Part shown: piece after piece, positions 1-9,676 of the stretch | Position numbering within the stretch: the stretch's first letter is position 1 | Layout of the letters: the number at the start of each line of letters is the position of its first letter | Origin: Patescibacteria group bacterium | GTDB lineage: Bacteria; Patescibacteriota; Microgenomatia; PFEM01; JAHIFH01 | Assembly: GCA_035529375.1 (NCBI GenBank) | Contig: DATKWU010000017.1 | Location: 2,579 to 66,578, forward strand | Length of the DNA: 64,000 nt | Reading direction: 5' to 3' | The notes under the pieces: model-generated | Database searches by the model: none | What the model saw: only the letters and a program-made list of their open reading frames with translations | What the model was told of the DNA's origin: nothing | Translations under genes and position numbers: made by a program

Positions 1-61
1 CTTGGTTTACTTAGTTTGAGGAAGAAATATGTTTTACAAATTTATAATCGCAGAAAAGAAA

Positions 62-1366
62 ATGAAACAAAACAATAACCAGGCGGTCATTGGTCTTGAA
101 ATCCATGTTGAGCTAAAAACAAAATCAAAGATGTTTTGTCATTGTTCGGCTGACTATTTTGGTCATCAGCCCAACACTCATGCTTGTCCAGTCTGTCTTG
201 GTTTACCTGGAGCTTTACCAGTAGCTAATAAACAAGCGATTGAATGGACGATAATGGCTGGTTTAGCTTTTGGTTGTCAAATTTCTTTGTTTTCTAAGTT
301 TGACCGAAAGAATTACTTTTACCCTGATTTGCCTAAAGGTTACCAAATTAGTCAGTATGATCTGCCTTTTTGTCTTGACGGCAAAATGGGGCGGATAGGG
401 ATCAAGAGAGTTCACCTTGAAGAAGATACGGCCAAACTTATCCACACTAAGGATTCGACCTTAATTGACTTTAATCGCTCTGGCGTGCCTTTAATGGAGA
501 TTGTGACTGAACCAGACATAGAGAGTGCCCAAGAAGCTAAAGAGTTTCTTAAACGAGTCCAACAAATTCTTCGCTATTTGGATATTTCTGACTGTGATAT
601 GGAAAAGGGCTCAATGAGATTAGAAGTTAATATCAGCGTCAGAAAAAAAGGAGATAAATTACCAGATTATAAAGTAGAGATTAAAAATTTGAATTCTTTT
701 CGTTTTGTTGAAAAAGCCATTAATTACGAGATCAAAAGACAACTTCAATTAATTAAAAAAGGTGAAAAACCGATTCAGGAGACCCGAGGGTGGAACGAAG
801 CCAAACAAAAAACCTATACTCAGCGTTGGAAAGAAGAAGCCCAAGATTATCGCTACTTTCCCGAGCCAGATTTACCACCAATTCGCTGGAAAAAATCAGA
901 GATTGAAAGAATTAAAAAACTTCTTCCTGAATTACCTGAGGCAAGAAAAAGACGATTTATGGAACAATACGGATTGTCTGATTATCAGGCAACTATCTCG
1001 ACAGCGTCGATAGCACAATCTGATTATTTCGAAGAAGCAGTTAATCTCGGCAAAGAAATGGGGCTTGATCCTATTGGAACAGCAAACATAATTATTAATA
1101 AAAGAGTTGATGTTGATAAAACCCCTCCGGCTAAATTGGTCCGGATTTTAGTCGAGAAGAAAGCTATTTCTAAAATTTCTGATAAACAATTAGGAAAGAT
1201 TGTTAAAGACGTCATCAAGAAAAACAAACAAGTGGTGGCTGACTTCAAAAAAGGCAAAACTCAGGCAGTTGAAGCCTTGCTTGGTCAGGTGATGCGAGAA
1301 ACAAAGGGAGCAGCTAACCCTAACCAAACCCGAAAAATCCTTCTTGAAAAGTTGAAGCGGTTGTAA
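62..1366 (+). CDS. gatB: Asp-tRNA(Asn)/Glu-tRNA(Gln) amidotransferase subunit B
   Basis: The N-terminal motif AVIGLEIHVEL matches GatB, with the CHCSADYF/CPVCLGLPG zinc motif and a C-terminal YqeY-like tail. The ORF in the track starts at 29, but the likely start is the ATG at 62. Confidence 0.9.
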   Translation: MKQNNNQAVIGLEIHVELKTKSKMFCHCSADYFGHQPNTHACPVCLGLPGALPVANKQAIEWTIMAGLAFGCQISLFSKFDRKNYFYPDLPKGYQISQYDLPFCLDGKMGRIGIKRVHLEEDTAKLIHTKDSTLIDFNRSGVPLMEIVTEPDIESAQEAKEFLKRVQQILRYLDISDCDMEKGSMRLEVNISVRKKGDKLPDYKVEIKNLNSFRFVEKAINYEIKRQLQLIKKGEKPIQETRGWNEAKQKTYTQRWKEEAQDYRYFPEPDLPPIRWKKSEIERIKKLLPELPEARKRRFMEQYGLSDYQATISTASIAQSDYFEEAVNLGKEMGLDPIGTANIIINKRVDVDKTPPAKLVRILVEKKAISKISDKQLGKIVKDVIKKNKQVVADFKKGKTQAVEALLGQVMRETKGAANPNQTRKILLEKLKRL

Positions 1367-1383
1367 TATCGTATTGATTAATA

Positions 1384-2031
1384 ATGGAAGAACCAAGAAA
1401 AGAATTTTCTCCTGAAGAAATTGCCTCGATTGTTAGAGAAAACGAGGCTCTTCGTGAAGAAAATGCTGGTTTAAAAGAACGATTAACTTATGATTCAAAT
1501 ACGGGTCTTTTGCGAACTGAAGATGAGGGGCGACAAACAATCTTAAGAAAAATTGAAACGATTCATGGTCAAGGAAAGAAAGTTTGTCTTTTAAGGCTAG
1601 ATGTTAATGGCCTTAAAGATTTGAATGAGGCTTCTAGTCATGAAGAAGTCGATGAAATTTTTTTTCCTGACTTAGGTAAAAGACTTTTAGAATTGACTGG
1701 GGAGCAAGACGGAGTTGCCATGAGGTACCATGGAGATGAATTGGGTATTTTGGTACCTCTTGATGACGTTAGTGATATGACTAAAGCTGATTCTTTGGTC
1801 CATCGACTTGATAATTTTTATGTTAAAACACCAGGAGGTGAAAAGAGATTTACTTTTACGATTGGTATTGCTCATGAAGACGAGCCGGAAGTCAAGGAAA
1901 AGATAGGAAAATTAGACAATAAAGAAGGTGAGCTCTCTGAAGAGGGAAATCTTTTTACAGCTCTCTGTAAAGTAGCTGATCAAAGAGAAAGACAAGCCGA
2001 GAGAAAGAAAAAGAAAGAAAGAAATGGCTAA
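1384..2031 (+). CDS. Degenerate GGDEF-like domain protein with an N-terminal coiled coil (RYHGDEL in place of RxGGDEF)
   Basis: YDSNTGLLRTED resembles the DxLTGLxNRR motif. LLRLDVNGLKDLNE resembles the LLxxDLDxFKxxND motif. RYHGDELGILVP resembles RxGGDEFxxLLP. The 3' end overlaps the dnaE start by 8 nt. Confidence 0.5.
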   Translation: MEEPRKEFSPEEIASIVRENEALREENAGLKERLTYDSNTGLLRTEDEGRQTILRKIETIHGQGKKVCLLRLDVNGLKDLNEASSHEEVDEIFFPDLGKRLLELTGEQDGVAMRYHGDELGILVPLDDVSDMTKADSLVHRLDNFYVKTPGGEKRFTFTIGIAHEDEPEVKEKIGKLDNKEGELSEEGNLFTALCKVADQRERQAERKKKKERNG

Positions 2032-5000
2032 GTTTACCCATCTCCATGTTCACACTGAATATTCCTTGCTTGATGGTCTTTGCAAGATAGACGAACTGCT
2101 TCTCAAGGCGATTGAGTTGGGGATGGATTCAATTGCCCTAACTGACCATGGGGTGATGTATGGCGCGATCAAGTTTTATCTGAAAGCCAGGGATTTTGGG
2201 ATCAAGCCGATTATTGGCATGGAGGCTTATGTGGCCAATCGATCTCGCTTTGATAAACAAGCTAAACTAGGTTCTGATCAATTCCATCTCCTCCTTTTAG
2301 CCAAAAACGAGAAGGGTTATAAGAATTTAATTGAGTTAACCACCAAAGCTCATCTAGAAGGTTTTTATTATCGACCCAGGATTGATTTGGAACTGCTGAA
2401 GAAACATGCCGAAGGTTTAGTTGTCAGTACTGCCTGTCTCCAAGGTCAGATTCCCCAGTTACTAATGGAAGATAATGAAGAAGAAGCCAAGAAAAAAGCC
2501 AAAGATTTTTTAGAGATTTTTGATAAGAATTTTTATCTTGAACTAATGAGCAACAAGGAAAAAGTTCAGGATAAGGTTAATAAGGGTCTGGTCAAATTAT
2601 CTCGGAAATTAGGTATTCCCCTAATTGCCACCAATGACGTTCATTATGTTGAGAAGGATGATGCTGAGGCCCAAGACGCTCTCTTGGCGGTTCAGACTCA
2701 GAGGATGATTAACGATAAGAATCGATTAACGATGATTAACTCGCCAACTTTCTATCTGCGGTCTCAGGAAGAAATGATGCGTCTTTTTAAAGAAGTTCCG
2801 GATGCCATTGAGAACACGAGAAAGATTTCCCGGGTTTGTAACTTAGAAATTCCGATTGGCAACTGGATTTTGCCTAATTATCCTCTACCGGCCGGGGAAA
2901 GCGCCGAAGAGCATTTAAGAAGTTTGGTTAAAGAAAGAATGGCTAATCGCTATCCTAAAGAAATAAAGGAAGTTAAGGAGAGAGTTGAGTACGAGCTCGA
3001 CATTATTTGTAAAAAAGGTTTTGCCACCTATTTTCTGATCGTCCAAGACTTTGTTAACTGGTCAAAGCAGCAAGGTATTAGAGTTGGCCCAGGCCGAGGT
3101 TCAGTCGCTGGTTCAATTATTTCCTATATTTTAAGAATCACTTCAATTGATCCTTTGAGACATAACATACCCTTTGAACGTTTTATGAATCCTCAAAGGC
3201 CAACACCACCGGATATTGATATGGATTTTGCTGATGATCGGAGAGACGAAGTTTTGGATTACGTTATCAATAAATACGGCAAAGATCGAGTGGCCCAGAT
3301 TATTACCTTCAACGTTATGAAGGCTAAAGAATCGGTTCGAGATATTGGTCGGGTTTTAGGCATGCCTTATTCTGAACCCGATAAGGTTGCCAAATTAATC
3401 CCTGTTGGAATGAAAATTGATGAAGCGATTAAAACCATTCCCGAATTGGCGAGCTTGTATCGTCAGGAGAAATATAAAAAATTGCTTAATCTAGCCAAAA
3501 AAGTTGAAGGTGTTTCCCGACACGCCTCGACCCATGCCGCTGGCGTTGTCATTAGTGATAAGGAACTAATCGAATATGTACCTCTCCAAAAAGAAACTAA
3601 AGGTGAAAACATTATCACTCAATATGATATGTATGACTTGGATTTGAATGCGGCCGTTAATGAAGGTGAAGCTTTAGGCCTTCTGAAAATAGACTTCTTA
3701 GGTTTAAGAAATCTTACCACTTTAGAGAAAACCCTGGAGTATTTGAAGCAGACCAGGGGTGAAGAAGTTGATTTATCAGAAATAAATATTGAAGATAGCG
3801 AAGCTTTGAAAATGATTGCCTCAGGCGAAACGACCGGTATTTTCCAGTTAGAAAGTGCCGGCATGCGCCGTTTGGCCAAAAAATTAAAACCAAATAAATT
3901 TTCTGATATTGCCGCGATGGTGGCTCTTTATCGACCTGGGCCGATGCAGTGGATTGACGAATTTATTGAATCTAAAAAAGATCCCCAGAAAATTCGCTAT
4001 CCCCACCCTGATTTAAAAACAATTCTAGCTGAGACTTATGGAATTGCTGTTTATCAGGAGCAGTGTATGCAGATTGCCAATATTATGGCCGGTTACACCA
4101 TGGCCGAAGCCGATCGGTTGCGTTTAGCCATTGGCAAAAAGAAAAAAGCGGTGATGACTAGAGAGAAGAACAAATTTATTCAGGGGGCAATTAAAAACGG
4201 CTATAAAAAAGAAACGGCCGAGAAGATTTTTGCCCTGATTGAAAAATTTGCCGGTTATGGTTTCAACAAAGCCCATTCTACTTCCTACGCCATGATTGCC
4301 TATCAAACTGCTTATTTAAAGGCTCATTATCCGGTGGAGTTTATGGCGGCGTTGCTGACGGCTGAATCCGGTCGTTCTTCTGGTCCAGATAAGGATGAAA
4401 AAGTGACCCAAGCCGTTGAAGAAACCCGGCGAATGGGTATTAGAGTCCTTCGGCCAGACATTAACAAATCTAAAGTTGGTTTTACGATCGAGGATGATCC
4501 TCAATCGCCAGGCGGCAAAGCGATTAGGTTTGGTTTATCAGCTATCAAGAACGTTGGCGAAGCGGCCGTCGAGGTGATTATTCCGTCTCGGGAAGTTGGC
4601 GGATCATTCAATTCCTTAGTTGATTTTTGTCAGCGAGTTGATACCCAAAAGGTCAACCGGAAAGTTTTAGAGAGCTTGATTAAAGCTGGAGCGATGGACA
4701 GTTTTGGTAAAAGAGCGGCGATGCTCTCTGGTTTAGATAAGGTAAGGGTTCAAGGAGCCAAAATCCAAAAAGAAAAGATTAATGGTCAGACAAATCTTTT
4801 TGACGGTCAGGAGGTTGAGGGAAAAGTAAGTTTGAATCCAACCGATCAGCTGCCAGAGATGGAAGAGTTTACTCGCCAAGAGCTTTTATCTTTAGAAAGA
4901 GAATTGCTTGGATTTTATCTAACTGAACATCCTTTAGCGCCTATTCTCAACCAATTACGTCAGCAAAGAACCCATCAGCTTCAACAAATTAATCAGGAAA

Positions 5001-5500
5001 TTGGGGCCGGCCAGCGAGTCAAAATTGGCGGGATTATTACTGATTTAAGGATTGTTTTAACTAAGGCGACTTCAAGAGAGATGGCTTTTGTTAAAATCGA
5101 GGACGAGAGCGGCAAATTAGAAGTCGTCGTTTTTCCTAAAATATATGGTCAAACTAAAGGGATTTGGGCCAAAGACAGAATTGTTTCGATTCGAGGTAGG
5201 ACCGATCTTCGTGAAGGCAGTCAGAGCCTTATTGTCGAATCAGCTTCTTTATTGGAAGAAGAAAGTCAAGAAAAGGACGAAGAAAAACCTTTTGATTTTG
5301 AGATTGAAATCCCCAACAGAATTTCCTCTAGGAAATTAGTTGAGTTAAACAAAGTTTTTAAACAGAACCAAGGCAAGAGCAAGATCGCTCTTTACTTTGT
5401 TGACAACCTAGGTAGAAGTCGAAGAATGATTTTGCCTTATGGTGTTGATTATACTGAAAAAGTTAAGGAGAAGGTTAAAGAAATTGTTAGCCAAGATTAA
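2024..5500 (+). CDS. dnaE: DNA polymerase III alpha subunit
   Basis: PHP-domain N-terminus (HLHVHTEYSLLDG), the GRGSVAGS motif, and an OB-fold C-terminus in an 1158-aa product. Confidence 0.95.
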   Translation: MAKFTHLHVHTEYSLLDGLCKIDELLLKAIELGMDSIALTDHGVMYGAIKFYLKARDFGIKPIIGMEAYVANRSRFDKQAKLGSDQFHLLLLAKNEKGYKNLIELTTKAHLEGFYYRPRIDLELLKKHAEGLVVSTACLQGQIPQLLMEDNEEEAKKKAKDFLEIFDKNFYLELMSNKEKVQDKVNKGLVKLSRKLGIPLIATNDVHYVEKDDAEAQDALLAVQTQRMINDKNRLTMINSPTFYLRSQEEMMRLFKEVPDAIENTRKISRVCNLEIPIGNWILPNYPLPAGESAEEHLRSLVKERMANRYPKEIKEVKERVEYELDIICKKGFATYFLIVQDFVNWSKQQGIRVGPGRGSVAGSIISYILRITSIDPLRHNIPFERFMNPQRPTPPDIDMDFADDRRDEVLDYVINKYGKDRVAQIITFNVMKAKESVRDIGRVLGMPYSEPDKVAKLIPVGMKIDEAIKTIPELASLYRQEKYKKLLNLAKKVEGVSRHASTHAAGVVISDKELIEYVPLQKETKGENIITQYDMYDLDLNAAVNEGEALGLLKIDFLGLRNLTTLEKTLEYLKQTRGEEVDLSEINIEDSEALKMIASGETTGIFQLESAGMRRLAKKLKPNKFSDIAAMVALYRPGPMQWIDEFIESKKDPQKIRYPHPDLKTILAETYGIAVYQEQCMQIANIMAGYTMAEADRLRLAIGKKKKAVMTREKNKFIQGAIKNGYKKETAEKIFALIEKFAGYGFNKAHSTSYAMIAYQTAYLKAHYPVEFMAALLTAESGRSSGPDKDEKVTQAVEETRRMGIRVLRPDINKSKVGFTIEDDPQSPGGKAIRFGLSAIKNVGEAAVEVIIPSREVGGSFNSLVDFCQRVDTQKVNRKVLESLIKAGAMDSFGKRAAMLSGLDKVRVQGAKIQKEKINGQTNLFDGQEVEGKVSLNPTDQLPEMEEFTRQELLSLERELLGFYLTEHPLAPILNQLRQQRTHQLQQINQEIGAGQRVKIGGIITDLRIVLTKATSREMAFVKIEDESGKLEVVVFPKIYGQTKGIWAKDRIVSIRGRTDLREGSQSLIVESASLLEEESQEKDEEKPFDFEIEIPNRISSRKLVELNKVFKQNQGKSKIALYFVDNLGRSRRMILPYGVDYTEKVKEKVKEIVSQD

Positions 5501-5546
5501 AAGTTTTAAGACTTGACAAAATTTTTCACAGTTGTTAAGCTGAAAA

Positions 5547-5570
5547 CCCAGAGGCACCTCTGGTTTTTTG
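5547..5570 (+). terminator. Rho-independent terminator downstream of dnaE
   Basis: GC-rich hairpin ccagagg-ca-cctctgg followed by a TTTTTT tract. Confidence 0.5.
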
Positions 5571-5728
5571 TTGTCAGAGAACTTTACAGAACAATAGGGT
5601 GAGTGGAAAAGAATTAGATAATTGTTGCGAAGATAAAAAGGAAGAAAACGGAGTTCATTGAAGTGTCTTAATTGCGGCGAATTTATTCTATTTTAAAAGA
5701 GCAGGAAATTATTTTTTCAAATTAAAAG

Positions 5729-7399
5729 ATGAAATTTATTTTTGTTTCAGGTGGCGTTATCTCTGGTTTAGGTAAAGGGATTACCACCTCTTCAATCGCT
5801 CTTCTGCTTAAATCGCGTGGTTTTAGAGTGGCGCCGATTAAGTGTGATGCCTATGTCAATATTGACGCTGGCACGATTCGGCCTCAAGAACATGGCGAGG
5901 TTTTTGTTTGTAATGATGGAATTGAATGCGACCAAGATCTGGGTAATTATGAGCGTTTTCTCGGTGAAACTCTTTCTCGGGCCAATTATGTAACCACTGG
6001 CCAAGTCTATCAGGAAGTAATTCGGAAAGAACGAGCTTTTGAGTATGAGGGTGAAGATGTAGAAGTCGTTCCCCATATCCCTGAAGAAATGATCAGGCGT
6101 TTTAAAGAAGCCGGTAAGAAAATGAAGGCTGATTTTGTTTTGATTGAAATTGGCGGCACGGTAGGTGAATACCAGAATATTCTGTTTATTGAAGCTAATA
6201 GAATCATGAAAGTTAGAGATGGGGAAGAAGTTATCCATGTTCATGTCGGTTATCTTCCCACACCACCGAGTATTGGCGAGATGAAATCCAAACCAGTCCA
6301 AAATTCAGTCCGAACTTTAAACGAAACTGGTATCCAGCCAGATCTTTTAGTTGGTCGCGCTGGTAAGGATTTGGATAAGTGGCGAAAAGAACGACTGGCT
6401 TTGTTCTGCAACATTCCGGTTGAGAATATTATTTCCAATCCAGATGTAGAGTCAATTTATGAAGTACCTCTAATCTTGGATAGACAAAAAGTCGCTGAAA
6501 AAATTCTTAGGAAATTCAAGATGAAACCCAGAAAGAATAAAGATTTAAAAGAATGGCGGCAAATAGTTAAGAAGATAAAAAAGATAAGTAGGAATAATAA
6601 AAGAAAGGTGAGAATTGGGATGGTAAGCAAGTATCAACAAGTCGGTGCTTTTGAATTGGACGATGCTTATGTCAGCGTGGTTGAAGCGATTAAGCACGCT
6701 GCCTGGGCTAGTGATGTTAAACCAGAGATAATTTGGATTAACAGTGAAAAAATAGAAAAATTAGGTAAAAGTTATCTAGAGAATAAGATGAGTTTAGTGG
6801 ACGGAGTGATTGTCCCCCAAGGGTGGGGCAGTCGGGGAGTCGAAGGCAAAATCAAGGCGATTCAATATGCTCGGGAAAAGAAAACCCCCTATCTTGGTCT
6901 TTGTTTTGGGATGCAAATGGCGGTGATTGAGTTTGGCCGAAACGTTGTTAATCTAAAAAAAGCCAATACCATGGAGGCCGATCCCAAAACCCCCTATCCG
7001 GTCATTCATATTATGCCGGACCAAAAAGAATATTTAGCCAAAAGACAGTATGGAGGAACAATTAGATTAGGCGGTTGGAAGTGTCGAGTTTTGGCCGGTA
7101 CGAGACTAGCCAAAATCTATGGCAATTCAGGGATTATCTCTGAAAGACACCGTCATCGCTATGAATTTAATAACAAATATAGAGATAGATATGAAAAGGC
7201 GGGTATGAGGATTTCCGGGGTTTCACCAGACGGCAAATTAGTTGAGGCTATCGAAATCCCTGACCATCCTTTTTTCATTGGCACCCAATTTCATCCCGAA
7301 TATCAATCAAGCCTGCTCAAACCTCACCCTCTTTTTGTTGAGCTTGTTAAAACTTCTTTAAAGGAGCAGGTAAAAAATAATGATATCAGAGAAACCTAA
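5729..7399 (+). CDS. pyrG: CTP synthase
   Basis: N-terminus FVSGGVISGLGKG, a glutamine amidotransferase domain (GLCFGMQ), 556 aa. Confidence 0.95.
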   Translation: MKFIFVSGGVISGLGKGITTSSIALLLKSRGFRVAPIKCDAYVNIDAGTIRPQEHGEVFVCNDGIECDQDLGNYERFLGETLSRANYVTTGQVYQEVIRKERAFEYEGEDVEVVPHIPEEMIRRFKEAGKKMKADFVLIEIGGTVGEYQNILFIEANRIMKVRDGEEVIHVHVGYLPTPPSIGEMKSKPVQNSVRTLNETGIQPDLLVGRAGKDLDKWRKERLALFCNIPVENIISNPDVESIYEVPLILDRQKVAEKILRKFKMKPRKNKDLKEWRQIVKKIKKISRNNKRKVRIGMVSKYQQVGAFELDDAYVSVVEAIKHAAWASDVKPEIIWINSEKIEKLGKSYLENKMSLVDGVIVPQGWGSRGVEGKIKAIQYAREKKTPYLGLCFGMQMAVIEFGRNVVNLKKANTMEADPKTPYPVIHIMPDQKEYLAKRQYGGTIRLGGWKCRVLAGTRLAKIYGNSGIISERHRHRYEFNNKYRDRYEKAGMRISGVSPDGKLVEAIEIPDHPFFIGTQFHPEYQSSLLKPHPLFVELVKTSLKEQVKNNDIRET

Positions 7400-8009
7400 T
7401 TGGCAGACGCCAGAAGCAGAAGCAATCATTAATAGTCTAAAAGAGACTTTTCTTCAAGAAGCTTGGGTGGCTGACCAAAATTTGATTATTGCTCCCTCTT
7501 TAGATCGAAAGATAGATCCTAGAATTTTAGAAGCGGCTGCCCAAGTGGTTGATTTGAGGTTTAAGGGAATGGGAGTTAATAAGGTTTTAGGCATTCCTAA
7601 TTTAGGTCTTCCTTTTGCCACGGCCGTAGCTCTTACAATGCCTGGTGTAAGATTAGTTCCTGCTTGTAAAGAAACGGAAAAACCGCGGGCTTGGCTAGAT
7701 AATCTTTCGGCAGAAAGAAGGACTTTGGCTCTTAATGTTGTTTCCTCAATCAGATTTTCTCTGGTTGAAACAGACGATAGGATTTTGCTAGTTGATAATG
7801 TTTGTGCTTATGGTCAAACGGCCAGTGAGGTGATTCAAACTTTAAATCAGCAAACTGAAGCGGAAGTAGTGGGCTTAGCTGTTTTGATGAGTAAAGACTT
7901 TCAGGGAGGTTTAAGAAGAATTGAGGAAAGATTTAAGATTCCTACTTTAGGTGTCATTAGAATCCAAGAAATTGGTCCCAATCAGGAAATAATTCTAGGA
8001 CAGACATAG
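7380..8009 (+). CDS. Type I phosphoribosyltransferase family protein
   Basis: PRPP-binding motif ILLVDNVCAYGQTASE. Confidence 0.55.
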   Translation: MISEKPNWQTPEAEAIINSLKETFLQEAWVADQNLIIAPSLDRKIDPRILEAAAQVVDLRFKGMGVNKVLGIPNLGLPFATAVALTMPGVRLVPACKETEKPRAWLDNLSAERRTLALNVVSSIRFSLVETDDRILLVDNVCAYGQTASEVIQTLNQQTEAEVVGLAVLMSKDFQGGLRRIEERFKIPTLGVIRIQEIGPNQEIILGQT

Positions 8010-8032
8010 CTTCTTTGTGTTAGAATGTTTCA

Positions 8033-8563
8033 ATGAACTACTATACCCTTAAGATTTGTGGTTTGACCAGAAAACTACCAATTGTTTCCCTCGGACCAAA
8101 ATTAAAGATTGCTTCCTTTAATCTTTTAGGTGATGGTGAATTGGTTGAGGCGGTGGCAAAGGATTTGTCTAAAGAAGTTAAAAAATTTGATTTTGATTAT
8201 TTAGTCGGACCTGAGGTTAAAGTTGTTCCTTTACTCCAAGTTCTTTCTCAAAAACTTAAAAAACCCCGCTATATTATTCTTAGAAAAAATATCATGGGCT
8301 ATATGACTAAACCAATCACTAATAAATTTAAACCTAATCTTGTTCTTAATGGTCCGGATGCTGAGCTTTTAAAAGGTAAGAAAGTGATTATTGTTGATGA
8401 CGTTGTTTCCACGGGTAGAACAATCAGAGTGGTTAGAGATTTAATGAGAATGGCTGAAGCCGAAGTGGTCGCTGCAGTAGCAGTTCTTAAACAAGGCGAA
8501 AAAGAAGAAGAAATAGAAATCCCCTTTTTTCATCTTGGCAGTCTGCCCCTTTTTGGTACTTGA
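8033..8563 (+). CDS. Phosphoribosyltransferase (adenine/xanthine PRT-like)
   Basis: PRPP-binding motif KVIIVDDVVSTGRTI, product of about 176 aa. Confidence 0.6.
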   Translation: MNYYTLKICGLTRKLPIVSLGPKLKIASFNLLGDGELVEAVAKDLSKEVKKFDFDYLVGPEVKVVPLLQVLSQKLKKPRYIILRKNIMGYMTKPITNKFKPNLVLNGPDAELLKGKKVIIVDDVVSTGRTIRVVRDLMRMAEAEVVAAVAVLKQGEKEEEIEIPFFHLGSLPLFGT

Positions 8564-8710
8564 CACGATTTTCACAGATTGATACTCTGAATTCGTCAGA
8601 ACAATATTCACCTTAGCCGGGTGAAGAAAGGACAGATGAATAAAGCGGCTTTAGTTTTTTTATTTTACTTAGAGAAACAATCCTATTTTAGTTTCAAGTT
8701 TTCCCTACAT

Positions 8711-8740
8711 CAGAAAGCACCAAGATAAGCGGTGCTTTTT
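8711..8740 (+). terminator. Rho-independent terminator after the PRTase genes
   Basis: Hairpin aaagcacc-aagataagc-ggtgcttt followed by a T tract. Confidence 0.45.
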
Positions 8741-8834
8741 TTAGTGCTCGAAAAAGATGGTGTGGAGAAACCTGCACCTTAACATATTGTGAATAGATTT
8801 TGTCATCACTAAATCTTGAGAAAGGAGAGTGAGG

Positions 8835-9578
8835 ATGTCATACGACGATATTAGACGGGATGTGTGGGAGGCATTGCGGAAGGTAGCTGTCCCAGACTCG
8901 AGATTCCATTTCAACTTCGGGGAATTTATCCCCGATTTTCAAGGAAGTGAACGAGCTCTGGGAAGATTGCTATCTGAACATTCGTATCTGGAGGCAAAGT
9001 TTATCTTTATTGCTCCAGACAACTGCCTTGAGAGACTAAGAGCAATAGCTCTTAGTGAGGGAAAGGCTCTTATCGTTCCAACTTACTCGATAAAGCGGGG
9101 CTTTGTCTATCTGGATCCAAAGACAATACCATCGGGTAAAGAAGAATATGCAGCCCTTCTCGATGCAATGGAGGGGGTAGGGCAGCATGTCTCCTTGAAG
9201 GAGATCCAGGATCTAGGTCCGGTCGACCTCATGGTGAGCGGCGCTAGTGTTGTTAATCGAGAGGGTGTACGTCTCGGGAAGGGACATGGCTTCTTTGATT
9301 TGGAATGGGCTATGTTCTACGCTATTGGTGCGGCGAACCTTGAGACACCAGTGGTTGCCTTTGTTCATAGCTGCCAAGTGGTAGATATGCCAATCAACAG
9401 TTCTCCCTATGATACTGTCTGTGACATCATCGTGACCAATAAGGAGACAATTCGCGTTTCTTCTCCTCAAAAACCTACCTGCGGTGTCATTTGGGAAAGA
9501 CTTAATCCTGAACTCTTTCAGACGATTCCGCCACTTCAAGAGTTGAAGTCAATGCAAGAGAAAGGAGGTGAAGCATAA
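8835..9578 (+). CDS. 5-formyltetrahydrofolate cyclo-ligase family protein
   Basis: GKGHGFFD motif (cf. GKGGGYYD of the 5-FCL family). The ATG at 8835 is preceded by the RBS aaaggagag. GC content is higher than in the flanking sequence. Confidence 0.65.
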   Translation: MSYDDIRRDVWEALRKVAVPDSRFHFNFGEFIPDFQGSERALGRLLSEHSYLEAKFIFIAPDNCLERLRAIALSEGKALIVPTYSIKRGFVYLDPKTIPSGKEEYAALLDAMEGVGQHVSLKEIQDLGPVDLMVSGASVVNREGVRLGKGHGFFDLEWAMFYAIGAANLETPVVAFVHSCQVVDMPINSSPYDTVCDIIVTNKETIRVSSPQKPTCGVIWERLNPELFQTIPPLQELKSMQEKGGEA

Positions 9579-9676
9579 GGTCTGTTTGGCTTCCCTTGTT
9601 AGCCGTAAAAGGAAACAAGGGTTCACCTTTTAGCAAGGTGAAAAGGAGTGATCTTCGGTAAAGATGAAAGGAGAGG

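Noticed and set aside
263-445. Minus-strand 60-aa ORF inside gatB, and similar antisense ORFs inside dnaE (3619-3879, 4124-4504), pyrG (5792-6438), the ECF genes (11034-12697) and many other genes.
   Set aside because: They are fully nested antisense in strong, motif-bearing genes and have no RBS or motifs. They are typical shadow ORFs.
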